Shown piece after piece: positions 1 through 10,855 of a DNA stretch of 64,000 bases. Position numbers and translations under genes: made by a program. The notes beneath the pieces are model-generated. The model was not told the origin of the DNA and made no database searches. It saw only the letters and a program-made list of their open reading frames with translations. The DNA is from Heptranchias perlo (taxonomy: Eukaryota): NCBI RefSeq assembly GCF_035084215.1, contig NC_090362.1, forward strand, positions 5,828,001 to 5,892,000, given 5' to 3'. Every line of letters starts with the position of its first letter. Within the stretch, counting starts at the first letter, position 1.

Positions 1-964
1 TTTATACCACTAAGCTAATCCCAATTGCCTGCACTTGGCCCATATCCCTCTATACCCATCTTACCCATGTAACTGTCCAAATGCTTTTTAAAAGACAAAA
101 TTGTACCCGCCTCTACTACTGCCTCTGGCAGCTCGTACCAGACACTCACCACCCTTTGAGTGAAAAAATTGCCCCTCTGGACCCTTTTGTATCTCTCCCC
201 TCTCACTTTAAATCTATGCCCCCTCGTTATAGACTCCCCTACCTTTGGGAAAAGATTTTGACTATCTACCTTATCTATGCCCCTCATTATTTTATAGACT
301 TCTATAAGATCACCCCTAAACCTCCTACTCTCCAGGGAAAAAAGCCGCAGTCTATCCAACCTCTCCCTATAAGTCAAACCATCAAGTCCCGGTAGCATCC
401 TAGTAAATCTTTTCTGCACTCTTTCTAGTTTAATAATATCCTTTCTATAATAGGGTGACCAGAACTGTACACAGTATTCCAAGTGTGGCCTTACTAATGT
501 CTTGTACAACTTCAACAAGACATCCCAACTCCTGTATTCAATGTTCTGACCAATGAAACCAAGCATGCTGAATGCCTTCTTCACCACCCTATCCACCTGT
601 GACTCCACTTTCAAGGAGCTATGAACCTGTACTCCTAGATCTCTTTGTTCTATAACTCTCCCCAACGCCCTACCATTAACAGAGTAGGTCCTGGCCCGAT
701 TCGATCTACCAAAATGCATCACCTCACATTTATCTAAATTAAACTCCATCTGCCATTCATCGGCCCACTGGCCCAATTTATCAAGATCCCGTTGCAATCC
801 TAGATAACCTTCTTCACTGTCCACAATGCCACCAATCTTGGTGTCATCTGCAAACTTACTAACCATGCCTCCTAAATTCTCATCTAAATCATTAATATAA
901 ATAACAAACAACAGCGGACCCAGCACCGATCCCTGAGGCACACCGCTGGTCACAGGCCTCCAGT
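1..964 (-). mobile_element. CR1-clade LINE, 5'-truncated (RT C-terminal part and 3' tail)
   Basis: ORF 15..1016 has [33 protein letters not shown] and FFTQRVV CR1 RT motifs with no stops. Homology to the other HYKK copy starts at ~965, so the LINE ends at ~964. Confidence 0.95.
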
Positions 965-1370
965 TTTGTTGTTCAGTGTAACTTACTTGGTCCCAGTGAG
1001 AGAAGGTGCCACCCATACAAAATGGCCCAGTCGGGAATGGAGTCTGAACCTTGGTGGTTTAGTGTCCTTTAATATATATCTATTTTCCATGCTGATGTTG
1101 GAGGGGCACATCTGTATCGAATCGCTGGCAGTGTAGAGTAAGTTTACCTCAGTTTTCCCTTAATCTGCAGTGCAGGGAGGTGTCCATCTTGGTCCGGCCT
1201 CATTGTTTCCTATCGTCTAGGTCAAAAATGAACTTTGTCAGTACCTGAACTTGGACCTTTTGAACCTGAATTGTACAGAATTCCATCACCAATCCATGGG
1301 AGTTATTGTTATCACACGGCACGATTGATGTATTGGTGGGGAGAAAGTAATGGATTTGTCCAATTGTTAG

Positions 1371-1554
1371 GAATTCCAGCACCCTACCCTGAAGAGTCTG
1401 CAGCGAGATGACTACCTCTGGAGCCTTTCAAATACTCACCTGCTGGTCAAGTACCTGTACGCAGTGGAGGAGGGCAGCAATCGCCGAGTTGTGGAGCAAA
1501 TTATTCAGCAATTCAAGGAAAAGATACTTCCAAATTTGAGCAGGTTTCGAAAAA
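1371..1554 (+). CDS. HYKK: HYKK copy 1, third coding exon ([25 protein letters not shown]...RFRK)
   Basis: ttgttAG acceptor, GTAAGT donor, 184 bp; near-identical to 15115..15298 on the - strand; resembles the HYKK FHHP..LHR...W.L segment. Confidence 0.9.
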
Positions 1555-1754
1555 GTAAGTTTCCACCTCTCTTGGCCCTGAAGCCTACGGGGTAGAGATT
1601 GCTCTTGGACGACAGTGCAAAACGGGTGGTATTACCTGGGCTGCCCATTATATGCCCTGATTGGTATTCAGATCCTCTGCAGTCAATGGAATTGAATATC
1701 AGACGGGCGTATCAATGGTGGCCGATACGATTCACCCCATTTTGTATTACTGCG

Positions 1755-1975
1755 TTCTCCCCTGTGTCCTGAGCAACATTTATCCCTCAACCAACATCAC
1801 TAAAACAGTTTGATTGGTAATTTTTCTCATTGCTGTTTGTGGGATTTTGCTGAGTGCAAATTTGCGGCTACGTTTCCTACATTACAAGAGTGACCACACT
1901 TCAAAAGTACTGAAATGGCTGTGTAGTGCTTTGGGGTGTCCTGAGTTTGTGAAAGGGGCTATATAAATGCAATTT
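1755..1975 (+). mobile_element. Deu-domain SINE (SacSINE1/AmnSINE1-like), 5' part missing
   Basis: gtcctgagcaacatttatccctcaaccaacatcac...gtgaaaggggctatataaatgca matches the fuller copies at 30620-31035 and 11195-11590. Confidence 0.75.
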
Positions 1976-2571
1976 CTCTCTTTCCCTCTTTCTCATTTAG
2001 CAAGCCACATTGTTGTCAGGACATCCAGGAATAGGCAATGATTATCTGGTTGGATTACAATTGAAGGTTATAAGGATATGAAGTCACTTAAATAGTCGAA
2101 GCTAGTGGTCCAATTGACCAAGCTTTTGGTCACCTGTCCTAATATCTCCTTATGTGACTAAGTGTCAAATTTTGTCTCAGAACACTCCTGCTAAGTGTCT
2201 TGGAATGTTTTACCTCGGTAAAGGCGCTATGTAAATGCAGATTGTTGTTGTTCGGCCCATTTTGAACAGGGTAGAAACCGAGCAGATCTGGGCTCTGCCC
2301 CAAATTGCACCCCCCCCTTCCTTCTCCAGTGCAGGGGTTCCACCTGGCATCTGCCCTGGCTCCCCATTGGAATATCAGGGCCAAGGCATTGCTCACAGTG
2401 AGTGAGACGATACGGTAAAGTGTGACGGATAATGTGTGATGAAGCAAGTGTGATGCTTAAAGAAGTGCCTGCTATATACAAGACTTTTAATAGAGCTACA
2501 TATTAAATTATAATTTAAGGGTTGTCCATCGTGTATATGATAAAATATTGCAACGTTTGTGTCTTTCACAG

Positions 2572-3041
2572 GCATTAATCACGGAGACTTCAGCCATTCC
2601 AACATTCTAGTGAAACCCGTTCATTCATCGGCTGATCACTCCAACCCGACTCTCCCGCACCAGGAGTTGGAAATTTCTGGTATTCTGGACTTCAGTGACA
2701 TGAGTTATGGTTATTGTGTATATGATGTGGCCATATCCATAATGTATATGATGCTCGAGAACAACAATCCCATAAGTGTTGGGGGCCATGTTCTTGCAGG
2801 CTTTGAGAGTGTGACCCCTTTACTCCCGGAGGAGCGAGACGCTGTGTTTTTGCTGGTTCTTTGCAGGTTTTCTCAATCGCTGGTTATGGCAAGATATAAT
2901 ATTCTGCTTTATCCAGAAAATGAAGAGTACCTTCTGACCACAGGAAGAACTGGCTGGAAGCGTTTACACCAACTGTGGGGGCTTGGGAAAGAGGCAGTAG
3001 AAAAGGTTTGGTTTGAGACAGCCAATTCCTACTGCACCTGA
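2572..3041 (+). CDS. HYKK: HYKK copy 1, last coding exon ([13 protein letters not shown]...ILDFSD...YPENEEYLL...)
   Basis: cacAG acceptor at 2570-2571; APH/choline-kinase HGDxxxxN and DF motifs; stop at 3039-3041; AATAAA at 3112 and 3967. Upstream exons would lie outside the window. Confidence 0.92.
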
Positions 3042-4096
3042 TATAGGACCCATTGGTTGTGTGTTGGCTTCTAGGATAACAATGCCACTTTTAAGAGAGG
3101 AATCATTAAAAAATAAATCAACTAATATATCTGTTATCTGGAATTATGTAAGTGCTTTAATTTACTAATTATTTAGATCAATTTTTAAACCATTTTTCAC
3201 TCCCTTTATGTCTGCCTTTCTGATACTTTTCGAACTTCAGAAATACGAGTGCAGCCTTAGACCTCTCCACAACCACTGTTAGTCTCACTCCAGAATTTCC
3301 CTTGTCTGATCCCAAATGGTGTGTGCAACCATTGTGAGGTGAGACACTTGGCAATTGGTCTTCCAAATCATGGGATTAATCTCCTCAGCATCTTCCCAAC
3401 CACATACAGTCCCGGTTTATAATATGGGTGATTTTGTGCCAGATTTGATTGTGTAGCTAATTTGTCCAAACATCGAAGCTACAAATGCTACAACATTAAT
3501 AGGTCTGAAATTCCACAAAAATCTCCTCCCCTCACATCCTGATTTGCAATCACTCTGTGACGGTTTGTTTGAGCAATTTACATTGTATAGTTCAACAATT
3601 GAATCCAGGATCCAAGAATCTGCTGTGAATAAATGCTGCCACCGTAAATCCAAGGTATCTCAAGACTCTTACACTGCAGAACAGTTACTGGAGATCCTTT
3701 TTCTATATTGCTGCGTTTCCTACATTACAACAGTGACTGTACTTCAAAAGTATTTCACTGGCTGTGAAGCACTTTGGGACATCTTGTGGTCATGAAAGGT
3801 GCTATAAAAATGCAATTCTTTCCTTCTTTCTTGTCTAAACAGATATGGAAAGATAAGCTGCTACTTGTGTTACTGTCTGAGCCGCTGAAAGAGGCCACAA
3901 TTTTAAATATTCCAAAACATGATCTATGTCTGAATTTTGTGCTGAAACGTTTGTTGACCAGTTTGTAATAAAACAAACAACAGTACGCAGCTATCAAAAG
4001 TCTTGATTATTTTTCTCTTATAAAATCGGTAAGGTGGTTCCTTCAGTTGATAATTACAGGAAAGCAGGTGAACAGTTTCTGAATGAAGAGTGGGAT

Positions 4097-4981
4097 TGTA
4101 AACATCAGCTCAGGTCCCAGGGATTTACAAACAGACATTTTGTGGCCTTTTGTGTTTTAAGATTTTTCTGCTGCAAGAAACAGCAGCCCGTTTGAAAAGT
4201 GGGTGTGGCCCAGGGGTGTGAAAAGGACAAGGGATTCTGACAAGATCCCTAAGCCAATTAAGGGAAATGTCCAAGCGGACAGAGTTTCTCTGGGAACACA
4301 ATGAGCCAGGAAGGGCAACGCTTACGGTAATTGGCAGGAGATGGAGACACCATTGTTAATCAATGTTAAACCACTTAACCCACTATCAGCCATTACCACC
4401 ATTGCCTCGATGAGGTAACCCTGAAGGGTGGGAAACCAATCAAAATCCCAGACTGGTTGGAAGCAAAAGGATATCACTGTAAGATTACTGACTACACAAA
4501 AACATCAGGGCTGTGAAAACAGCACTGCAGGAAAAAGGAACGTTTAATTATTTTGGCGCGAAGAAGTTTGGAACTTTGGGGGGTACAAGAGGAGGCAGTT
4601 TTGGGACTTTTCTCTCTCTTGCTTCCTCGCCTGCTCTCATCTTCACTTGTCCTCACCTTCACAACAAGAACCGAGCACTCCGCCTGGGGTGGAGAGAAGA
4701 AACCACCACGAGAAGCAGAGCCTCGTTCTCCAACTGTATGGACGGAGCTCAAACTGAGACTTGAATACTGCGTCGGCGGTACGGAATCAGGAGACACGTT
4801 TTCTACAAGGGGGAGCAGCGAGAAAGTCAAGGGACAATCGGGGTGAGCATTGTCCAAGTCCACATCTTTAAGACCACCGGTATTGTGTCCTTGAGTCAAT
4901 TCTGTTCACCGTAATTCAGGTCGTCTAGAACTGTGTAAGGGGTGGGGGAGTGATTCGAACCACCAAGGCAAGCCACTTACA
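4097..4981. mobile_element. Solo LTR (885 bp) with 4-bp TSD GGAT
   Basis: TGTAA...TTACA termini; GGAT at 4093-4096 and 4982-4985; empty site in the duplicated arm near 9325-9335. Confidence 0.9.
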
Positions 4982-5214
4982 GGATATCCTGATGGGTCCT
5001 CCAGGAGGAAAGTATCCTTTGAATAAACTTGGCCGCACTGCCTTTCCCCTCCAGAACCCCCACACGATCTGGGCTTTCCGTTTCTGTCTTTGGAGGAACT
5101 GACAACTTTATCTTTACGAAGGTGAGGAGTAACCACAGCCAGATTGTGTATTGATTTCTTTTGGCGGGTCACGCCCAGATGATTTACGTTCCTCACACTT
5201 GCTCTGACACTAGA

Positions 5215-5545
5215 AAGCGCAGTGGTTGTGTTACTGGACTAATAATCCAGAGAACGTGAGTTAAAATCTCACCATGGCAGCTTGAGTATTTTAATTCAGT
5301 TAAAAAACTCGGAAATAAAAAGCTGGTATCAGTAAAAATGACCACGAAGCTGTCGGATTGTCGTAAAAACCCAACTGGTTCACTAATGTCCTTACCCGGT
5401 CTGGCCTATAGGTGACTCCAGTCCCACCACAATGTGGTTGACTCTTAACTGCCCTCTGAAGTGGCCTAGCAAGCAACCCAGTTCAGGGCACTAGAGATGG
5501 GCATTAAGTGCCATCCTTGCCAGCGATGCCCTGAGAATTAATTTT
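5215..5545 (+). mobile_element. tRNA-derived SINE (inverted duplicate at ~8770-9125)
   Basis: A/B-box-like head (gcgcagtgg...gagttaaaatc); its 3' tail resembles the 3' end of the LINE at 59095-60000. Confidence 0.65.
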
Positions 5546-7124
5546 CAAAAATCTCGTCCTTTTCCCTGATCTCCTGGTTCGGGTTATCATAAAATGATAT
5601 TGTCAGTGTTATCCGTAATCTCCTGGGCGATGGTCTTACCCCCACCTCGTCTCCCCTTTCCAAACGGATCAAATGTGCCGCAGTATCAAATGCTCACTGG
5701 ACTGGCTGGTTGTTGCTTCTTCAAGATCATGATATTACCATTGACCATTGGGCCCAACCTTCCGTTTTGGATTAACTCCTTTTTGTACCAGGGAAACCCC
5801 ATGAGCAGCCCCAACCTACGTTCTACATGAACTCCCCTCTCCTTTTTGCCCCTGGTGATGGTAAAACAAGTTATTCTCCACTCCTTACTAGTTCATGTCG
5901 ATGGCTCAAGTCTTTCTGTCGAGGGCTAGCCCTGATCTGGGTTTGGCTTGTACTTGTTTGGAACAGTGTACCATCCGGGTATACTGACGAGTCTTGTTAT
6001 TCTGATGTGCCCCATTCTTCCCAAGACGCTGCAGGAGCCCGGGGTCTTTGAGCTAGTCCCCTCTGATCCAGTCGTTACTGTTTCCCACCCCATGTGGGTT
6101 TGCGATAGCCCCACAGGTTACTTGTCCTTTTGACTAAGGAATAATTTCCGTGCATCTGAAGCTTTCCCCAATTGCTCCTCGGGTAATGTTTTGTTAAACT
6201 ACATTGTCAGATAAAGGGACTCACCAGTGGTGCTGCGTAAAGTTAAGGGACGCAGTAAATCCCGACCCCATCACACTGAAAATGTAACGGTAGAATACTC
6301 GGCACGCAAGGTGCTCGAAGTGGGGAGGGTTGGAATTTGGCATTTTTCGTGGCAGTGGTAAATGAGCCAGTGCAAATTTCCCTCCCTCAGACTTTTGACC
6401 TTGAGCAGGCTCCAAACCAGGATCCTGAATAGCGAGCACTTCTGGGCACGCTCAGGAAAGGACAAATAATCTGCTCGGGTTCTCCATATTCCCAAATGAA
6501 AGGGAAGTAATATCGATGGTAAAGTGGCACTGAAGAAGGGGAATCGGGGAGGAAGTCCTGTTACACCGAGTTACATCGAGTCCAGAGCACAGAAACAGGC
6601 CATTCGGCCCCACTGGTCTATGCCGGCATTTATACTCCACACAAGCCTCCTCCAACCCCTCTTCATCTAATCCTAACAAAATATCCTTCTATTCTTTTCT
6701 CCCTTTTGTGCTTAACTAGCTTGTCCTTAAATGCGTCTATGCTATTCGCCTCAACTACTCCATGTGGTAGCACGTTACTCCTCGTGTGGCTTGTACCAGT
6801 TCAGCTCCACGAGGAGATGCTATGGATGGTCCAAGGTGCACAGACATGTGAGAGTCGGTAAAGGTGGGCAGGTGTGTGGAACAATTGAGTCAAAATTTGT
6901 GGGAGGTACATCTTTGGGTAGCCAATCAGCTTGGGCTCTCTGCACAGAGGTCCAAACTCCAATTTGATAAGGGAGTGTGAGAAAATGATTGGCAAGTGGG
7001 AGATCAGGTGATGGTGTTGAAATTCACTGATGGACAGCATAGATTGTCCAAGAGATAATTAGGACCTTATTGTATAATGGATAAAATAAGTTCTTCTGTG
7101 TATAAGGTCCAAAACTTTGGGGCC

Positions 7125-7610
7125 CGTATCCCAACTCGCACCAAGTCCCACTTACCCATCACCCTGTGCTCGTTGACCTTCATTGGCTCCTGGTCCACCA
7201 ATGCTCATCCTCGTGTTCAAATCCCACCATGGTCTCACCCCTCCCTATCTTTGTAACCTCCTCCAGCCCTACAACGCTCTGAGAACTACGCATTCCTCCA
7301 ACTCTGGCCTTTTGTGCATCCCCCACTCCCTTTGCCCCACCATTGGCGGCCGTGCCTTCACCCATCTAGGCCCTAAGCTTTCCCTTCCTAAACCTCACCA
7401 CCTCTCTCCCCTCCTTTAAGACCCTCCTTAAAACCATTTCTTTGAACGAGCCTTTAGTTCCCCGCACCGTGACCCCTCCCCCACCACCCCGCCCCACTAT
7501 CTCCTTCTTTGATGGTGTCAGTTTTTATCTGATTATACTCCCATGAAGTGCCTTGGGACATTTTCCTATGTTAAAGGCACTACATGAATGCAAGTAGTTG
7601 TTGTTGTATC
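7125..7610 (+). mobile_element. L2-clade LINE 3' fragment
   Basis: accaagtccc...cccatcaccctgtgctc...cattggctcc (HWLP region) and an aaatgcaag(ttg)n-like tail; same family at 29730-30215 and 38625-39075. Confidence 0.75.
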
Positions 7611-7959
7611 ACAGGCGGACGCTGATGAACAGAAAGGTACAACCATGCCAATCAGCTGAAGCTATTTAAGACTGGGTCAGACTCGTAAGAAGTGTGAAGT
7701 CTGTTATTCGATGTATTCCTTGGCTCGACCAGGATTGTGTTGAGCTGATGCAGATTTCCCGAATGGAGAAATGGATCTCCCAGTGGGATCATAGCCTAGA
7801 GGAATTAGCTGTAGAAGAGATATTTACTGCAGACTGTATGCAGGATATTGCTGATAATTTATTTAAAAGAGACAATAAAAGGGCTTGAGGTGTTTGGAAG
7901 GGAAGTCGATCTGGTGCTTGAACAGACTCTGAGAGAACTGGTTAATGGACCGAGAGGAA

Positions 7960-8515
7960 GGGGTGAAATGTGCCTTGGGCGATCGGGCATCAGCTGCCCG
8001 TTTTACACCCGCCTGATTTTCTATTGGCCGTTTTGCACCCTCCTGAATTTCTATTGGCCGTTTTACACCTGCCTGATTTTCTATTGGCCGTTTTACACCT
8101 GCCTGATTTTCTATTGGCCGTTTAACACCTGCCCGATTTTCTATTGGCCGTTTTACACCTGCCTGATTTTCTACTGGCCGTTTTGCACCCTCCTGAATTT
8201 CTATTGGCCGTTTTACACCTGCCTGATTTTCTATTGGCCGTTTTACACCTGCCTGATTTTCTATTGGCCGTTTAACACCTGCCCGATTTTCTATTGGCCG
8301 TTTTACACCTGCCTGATTTTCTATTGGCCGTTTTACACCTGCCTGATTTTCTATTGGCCGTTTAACACCTGCCCGATTTTCTATTGGCCGTTTTACACCT
8401 GCCCGATTTTCTATTGGCCATTTTACACCTGCCTGATTTTCTATTGGCCGTTTTACACCCGCCTGATTTTCTAGCGCTGATTTTGCGCTCTGCCGTCCCA
8501 GACAAATTTCACCCC
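7960..8515. mobile_element. MITE (GGGGTGAAAT...ATTTCACCCC TIRs) with internal 30-bp minisatellite expansion
   Basis: Terminal inverted repeats at 7960 and 8515 enclose the tandem array. Confidence 0.7.
7998..8473. repeat. Minisatellite, 30-bp unit CCGTTTTACACCTGCCTGATTTTCTATTGG, ~16 copies
   Basis: Direct tandem repeat with variant units; it produces the spurious ORFs 7848..8474 and 7863..8657. Confidence 0.97.
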
Positions 8516-10385
8516 CAACAAAAGTGTTTATTGGATGGCAAGTTTCCTCCAGGGCCCATAAACTCAGATGAAATGAAAAGATCATCTGGTAATATTCAGG
8601 GGAGGGGAAACTGGACGCAAGGAAGTGTACAAGGCAGAAGCAGGAAAATTGCACCACAAGCTGAATTCCAGCACCATCGCCCAGGAGATTACAGATAACA
8701 CTGATGATCTCATTTTACAATAACCTTAACCAGGAGATCAGGAAAAAGGACGAGTTTTTTGAAAATTATTTCTCAGGATGTGGGCAGCGCTGGCAAGGCG
8801 GGCATTTAATGCCCATCTCTAATGTCCTGAACTGGGTTGCTTGCTAGGCCACGTTAGAGGGCAGTTAAGAGTCAACCACATTGTTGTGGGACTGGAGTCA
8901 CCGAAAGGCCAGACCGGGTAAGGATGGCAAGTTTCCTTATCTAAAGGACATTAGTGAACCAGTTGGGTTTTTACGACAATCCGACAGCTTCATGGTCATT
9001 TTTACTGATACCAGCTTTTTATTTCTGAGTTTTTTAACTGAATTAAAATGCTCAAGCTGCCATGGTGAGATTTTAACTCACGTTCTCTGGATTATTAGTC
9101 CAGTAACACAACCACTGCGCTTTCTAGTGTCAGAGCAAGTGTGAGGAACGTAAATCACCTGGGCGTGACCCGCCAAAAGAAATCAATACACAATCTGGCT
9201 GTGGTTACTCCTCAGCCTCGTAAAGATAAAATTGTCAGTTCCTCCAAAGACAGAAACGGAAAGCCCAGATCATGTGGCGGCTAAGTTTATTCAAAGGATA
9301 GTTTCCTCCTGGAGGACTCATCGGGATATCTCACTCTTCATTCAGAAACTGTTCACCTGCTTTCCTGTAATTATCAACTGAAGGAACCACCTTACTGATT
9401 TTATAAGAGAAAAATAATCAAGACTTTTGATAGCTGCGTACTGTTGTTTGTTTTATTAGAAACAAGTCAACGAACGTTTCAGCACAAAATTCAGACATAG
9501 ATCATGTTTTGGAATATTTAAAATTGTGGCCTCTTTCAGCGGCTCAGACAGTAACACAAGTAGCAGCTTATCTTTCCATATCTGTTTGGACAATAAAGAA
9601 AGAAAGAATTACATTTTTATAGCACCTTTCACGACCACAGGATGTCCCAAAGTGCTTCACAGCCAGTGAAATACTTTTGAAGTACAGTCACTGTTGTAAT
9701 GTAGGAAATGCAGCAATATAGAAAAAGGATCTCCAGTAACTGTTCTGCAGTGTAAGAGTCTTGAGATACCTTGGATTTACGGTGGCAGCATTTATTCACA
9801 GCAGATTCTTGGATCCTGGATTCAATTGTTGAACTATACAATGTAAATTGCTCAAACAAACCATCACAGAGTGATTGCAAATCAGGATGTGAAGGGAGGG
9901 GATTTTTGTGGAATTTCAGACCTATTAATGTTGTAGCATTTGTAGCTTCGATGTTTGGACAAATTAGCTACACAATCAAATCTGGCACAAAATCACCCAT
10001 AATATAAACCAGAACTGTATGTGGTTGGGAAGATGCTGAGGAGATTAATCCCATGATTTGGAAGACCAATTGCCAAGTGTCTCACCTCACAATGGTTGCA
10101 CACACCATTTGGGATCAGACAAGGGAAATTCTGGAGTGAGACTAACAGTGGTTGTGGAGAGGTCTAAGGCTGCACTCGTATTTCAGCTGAAGTTCGAAAA
10201 GTATCAGAAAGGCAGACATAAAGGGAGTGAAAAATGGGTTAAAAATTGATCTAAATAATTAGTAAATTAAAGCACTTATATAATTCCAGATAGCAGATAT
10301 ATTAGTTGATTTATTTTTTAATGATTCCTCTCTTAAAAGTGGCATTGTTATCCTAGAAGCCAACACACAACCAATGGGTCCTATA

Positions 10386-10855
10386 TCAGGTGCAGTAGGA
10401 ATTGGCTGTCTCAAACCAAACCTTTTCTACTGCCTCTTTCCCAAGCCCCCACAGTTGGTGTAAACGCTTCCAGCCAGTTCTTCCTGTGGTCAGAAGGTAC
10501 TCTTCATTTTCTGGATAAAGCAGAATATTATATCTTGCCATCACCAGCGATTGAGAAAACCTGCAAAGAACCAGCAAAAACACAGCGTCTCGCTCCTCCG
10601 GGAGTAAAGGGGTCACACTCTCAAAGCCTGCAAGAACATGGCCCCCAACACTTATGGGATTGTTGCTCTCGAGCATCATATACATTATGGATATGGCCAC
10701 GTCATATACACAATAACCATAACTCATGTCACTGAAGTCCAGAATACCAGAAATTTCCAACTCCTGGTGCGGGAGAGTCGGGTTGGAGTGATCAGCCGAT
10801 GAATGAACGGGTTTCACTAGAATGTTGGAATGGCTGAAGTCTCCGTGATTAATGC
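10386..10855 (-). CDS. HYKK: HYKK copy 2, last coding exon
   Basis: 470 bp; one amino-acid difference (N/S) seen versus 2572..3041. Confidence 0.92.

Larger units (their letters stand above)
965..5634 (+). repeat. Left arm of inverted segmental duplication (pairs with 8673..15704)
   Basis: Reverse-complement identity of exons, introns, 3' UTR and flank; inner breakpoints at ...GGCGATGGT 5634 and ACCATCGCC... 8673. Confidence 0.95.

Noticed and set aside
965-1016. N-terminus of the 333-aa RT ORF as a real start
   Set aside because: These codons come from HYKK intron sequence next to a 5'-truncated CR1.
1200-1382. Identical 60-aa ORF present twice (also 15287..15469), and other twin ORFs at 3178-3795 and 9629-10249
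   Set aside because: Antisense or UTR frames repeated only because of the inverted duplication.
5640-6520. Possible decayed gag on the - strand (CSVLGRMGHIR resembles a broken zinc knuckle)
   Set aside because: Motif incomplete and no continuous frame; would need a translated profile search.
7998-8473. CRISPR-like appearance of the 30-bp, 38-bp and 29-bp arrays
   Set aside because: Head-to-tail repeats without unique spacers, in a vertebrate context with no cas genes.
7848-8657. 208-aa and 264-aa ORFs on opposite strands
   Set aside because: They result from a 30-bp (multiple of 3) minisatellite lacking stops; no splice or domain evidence.
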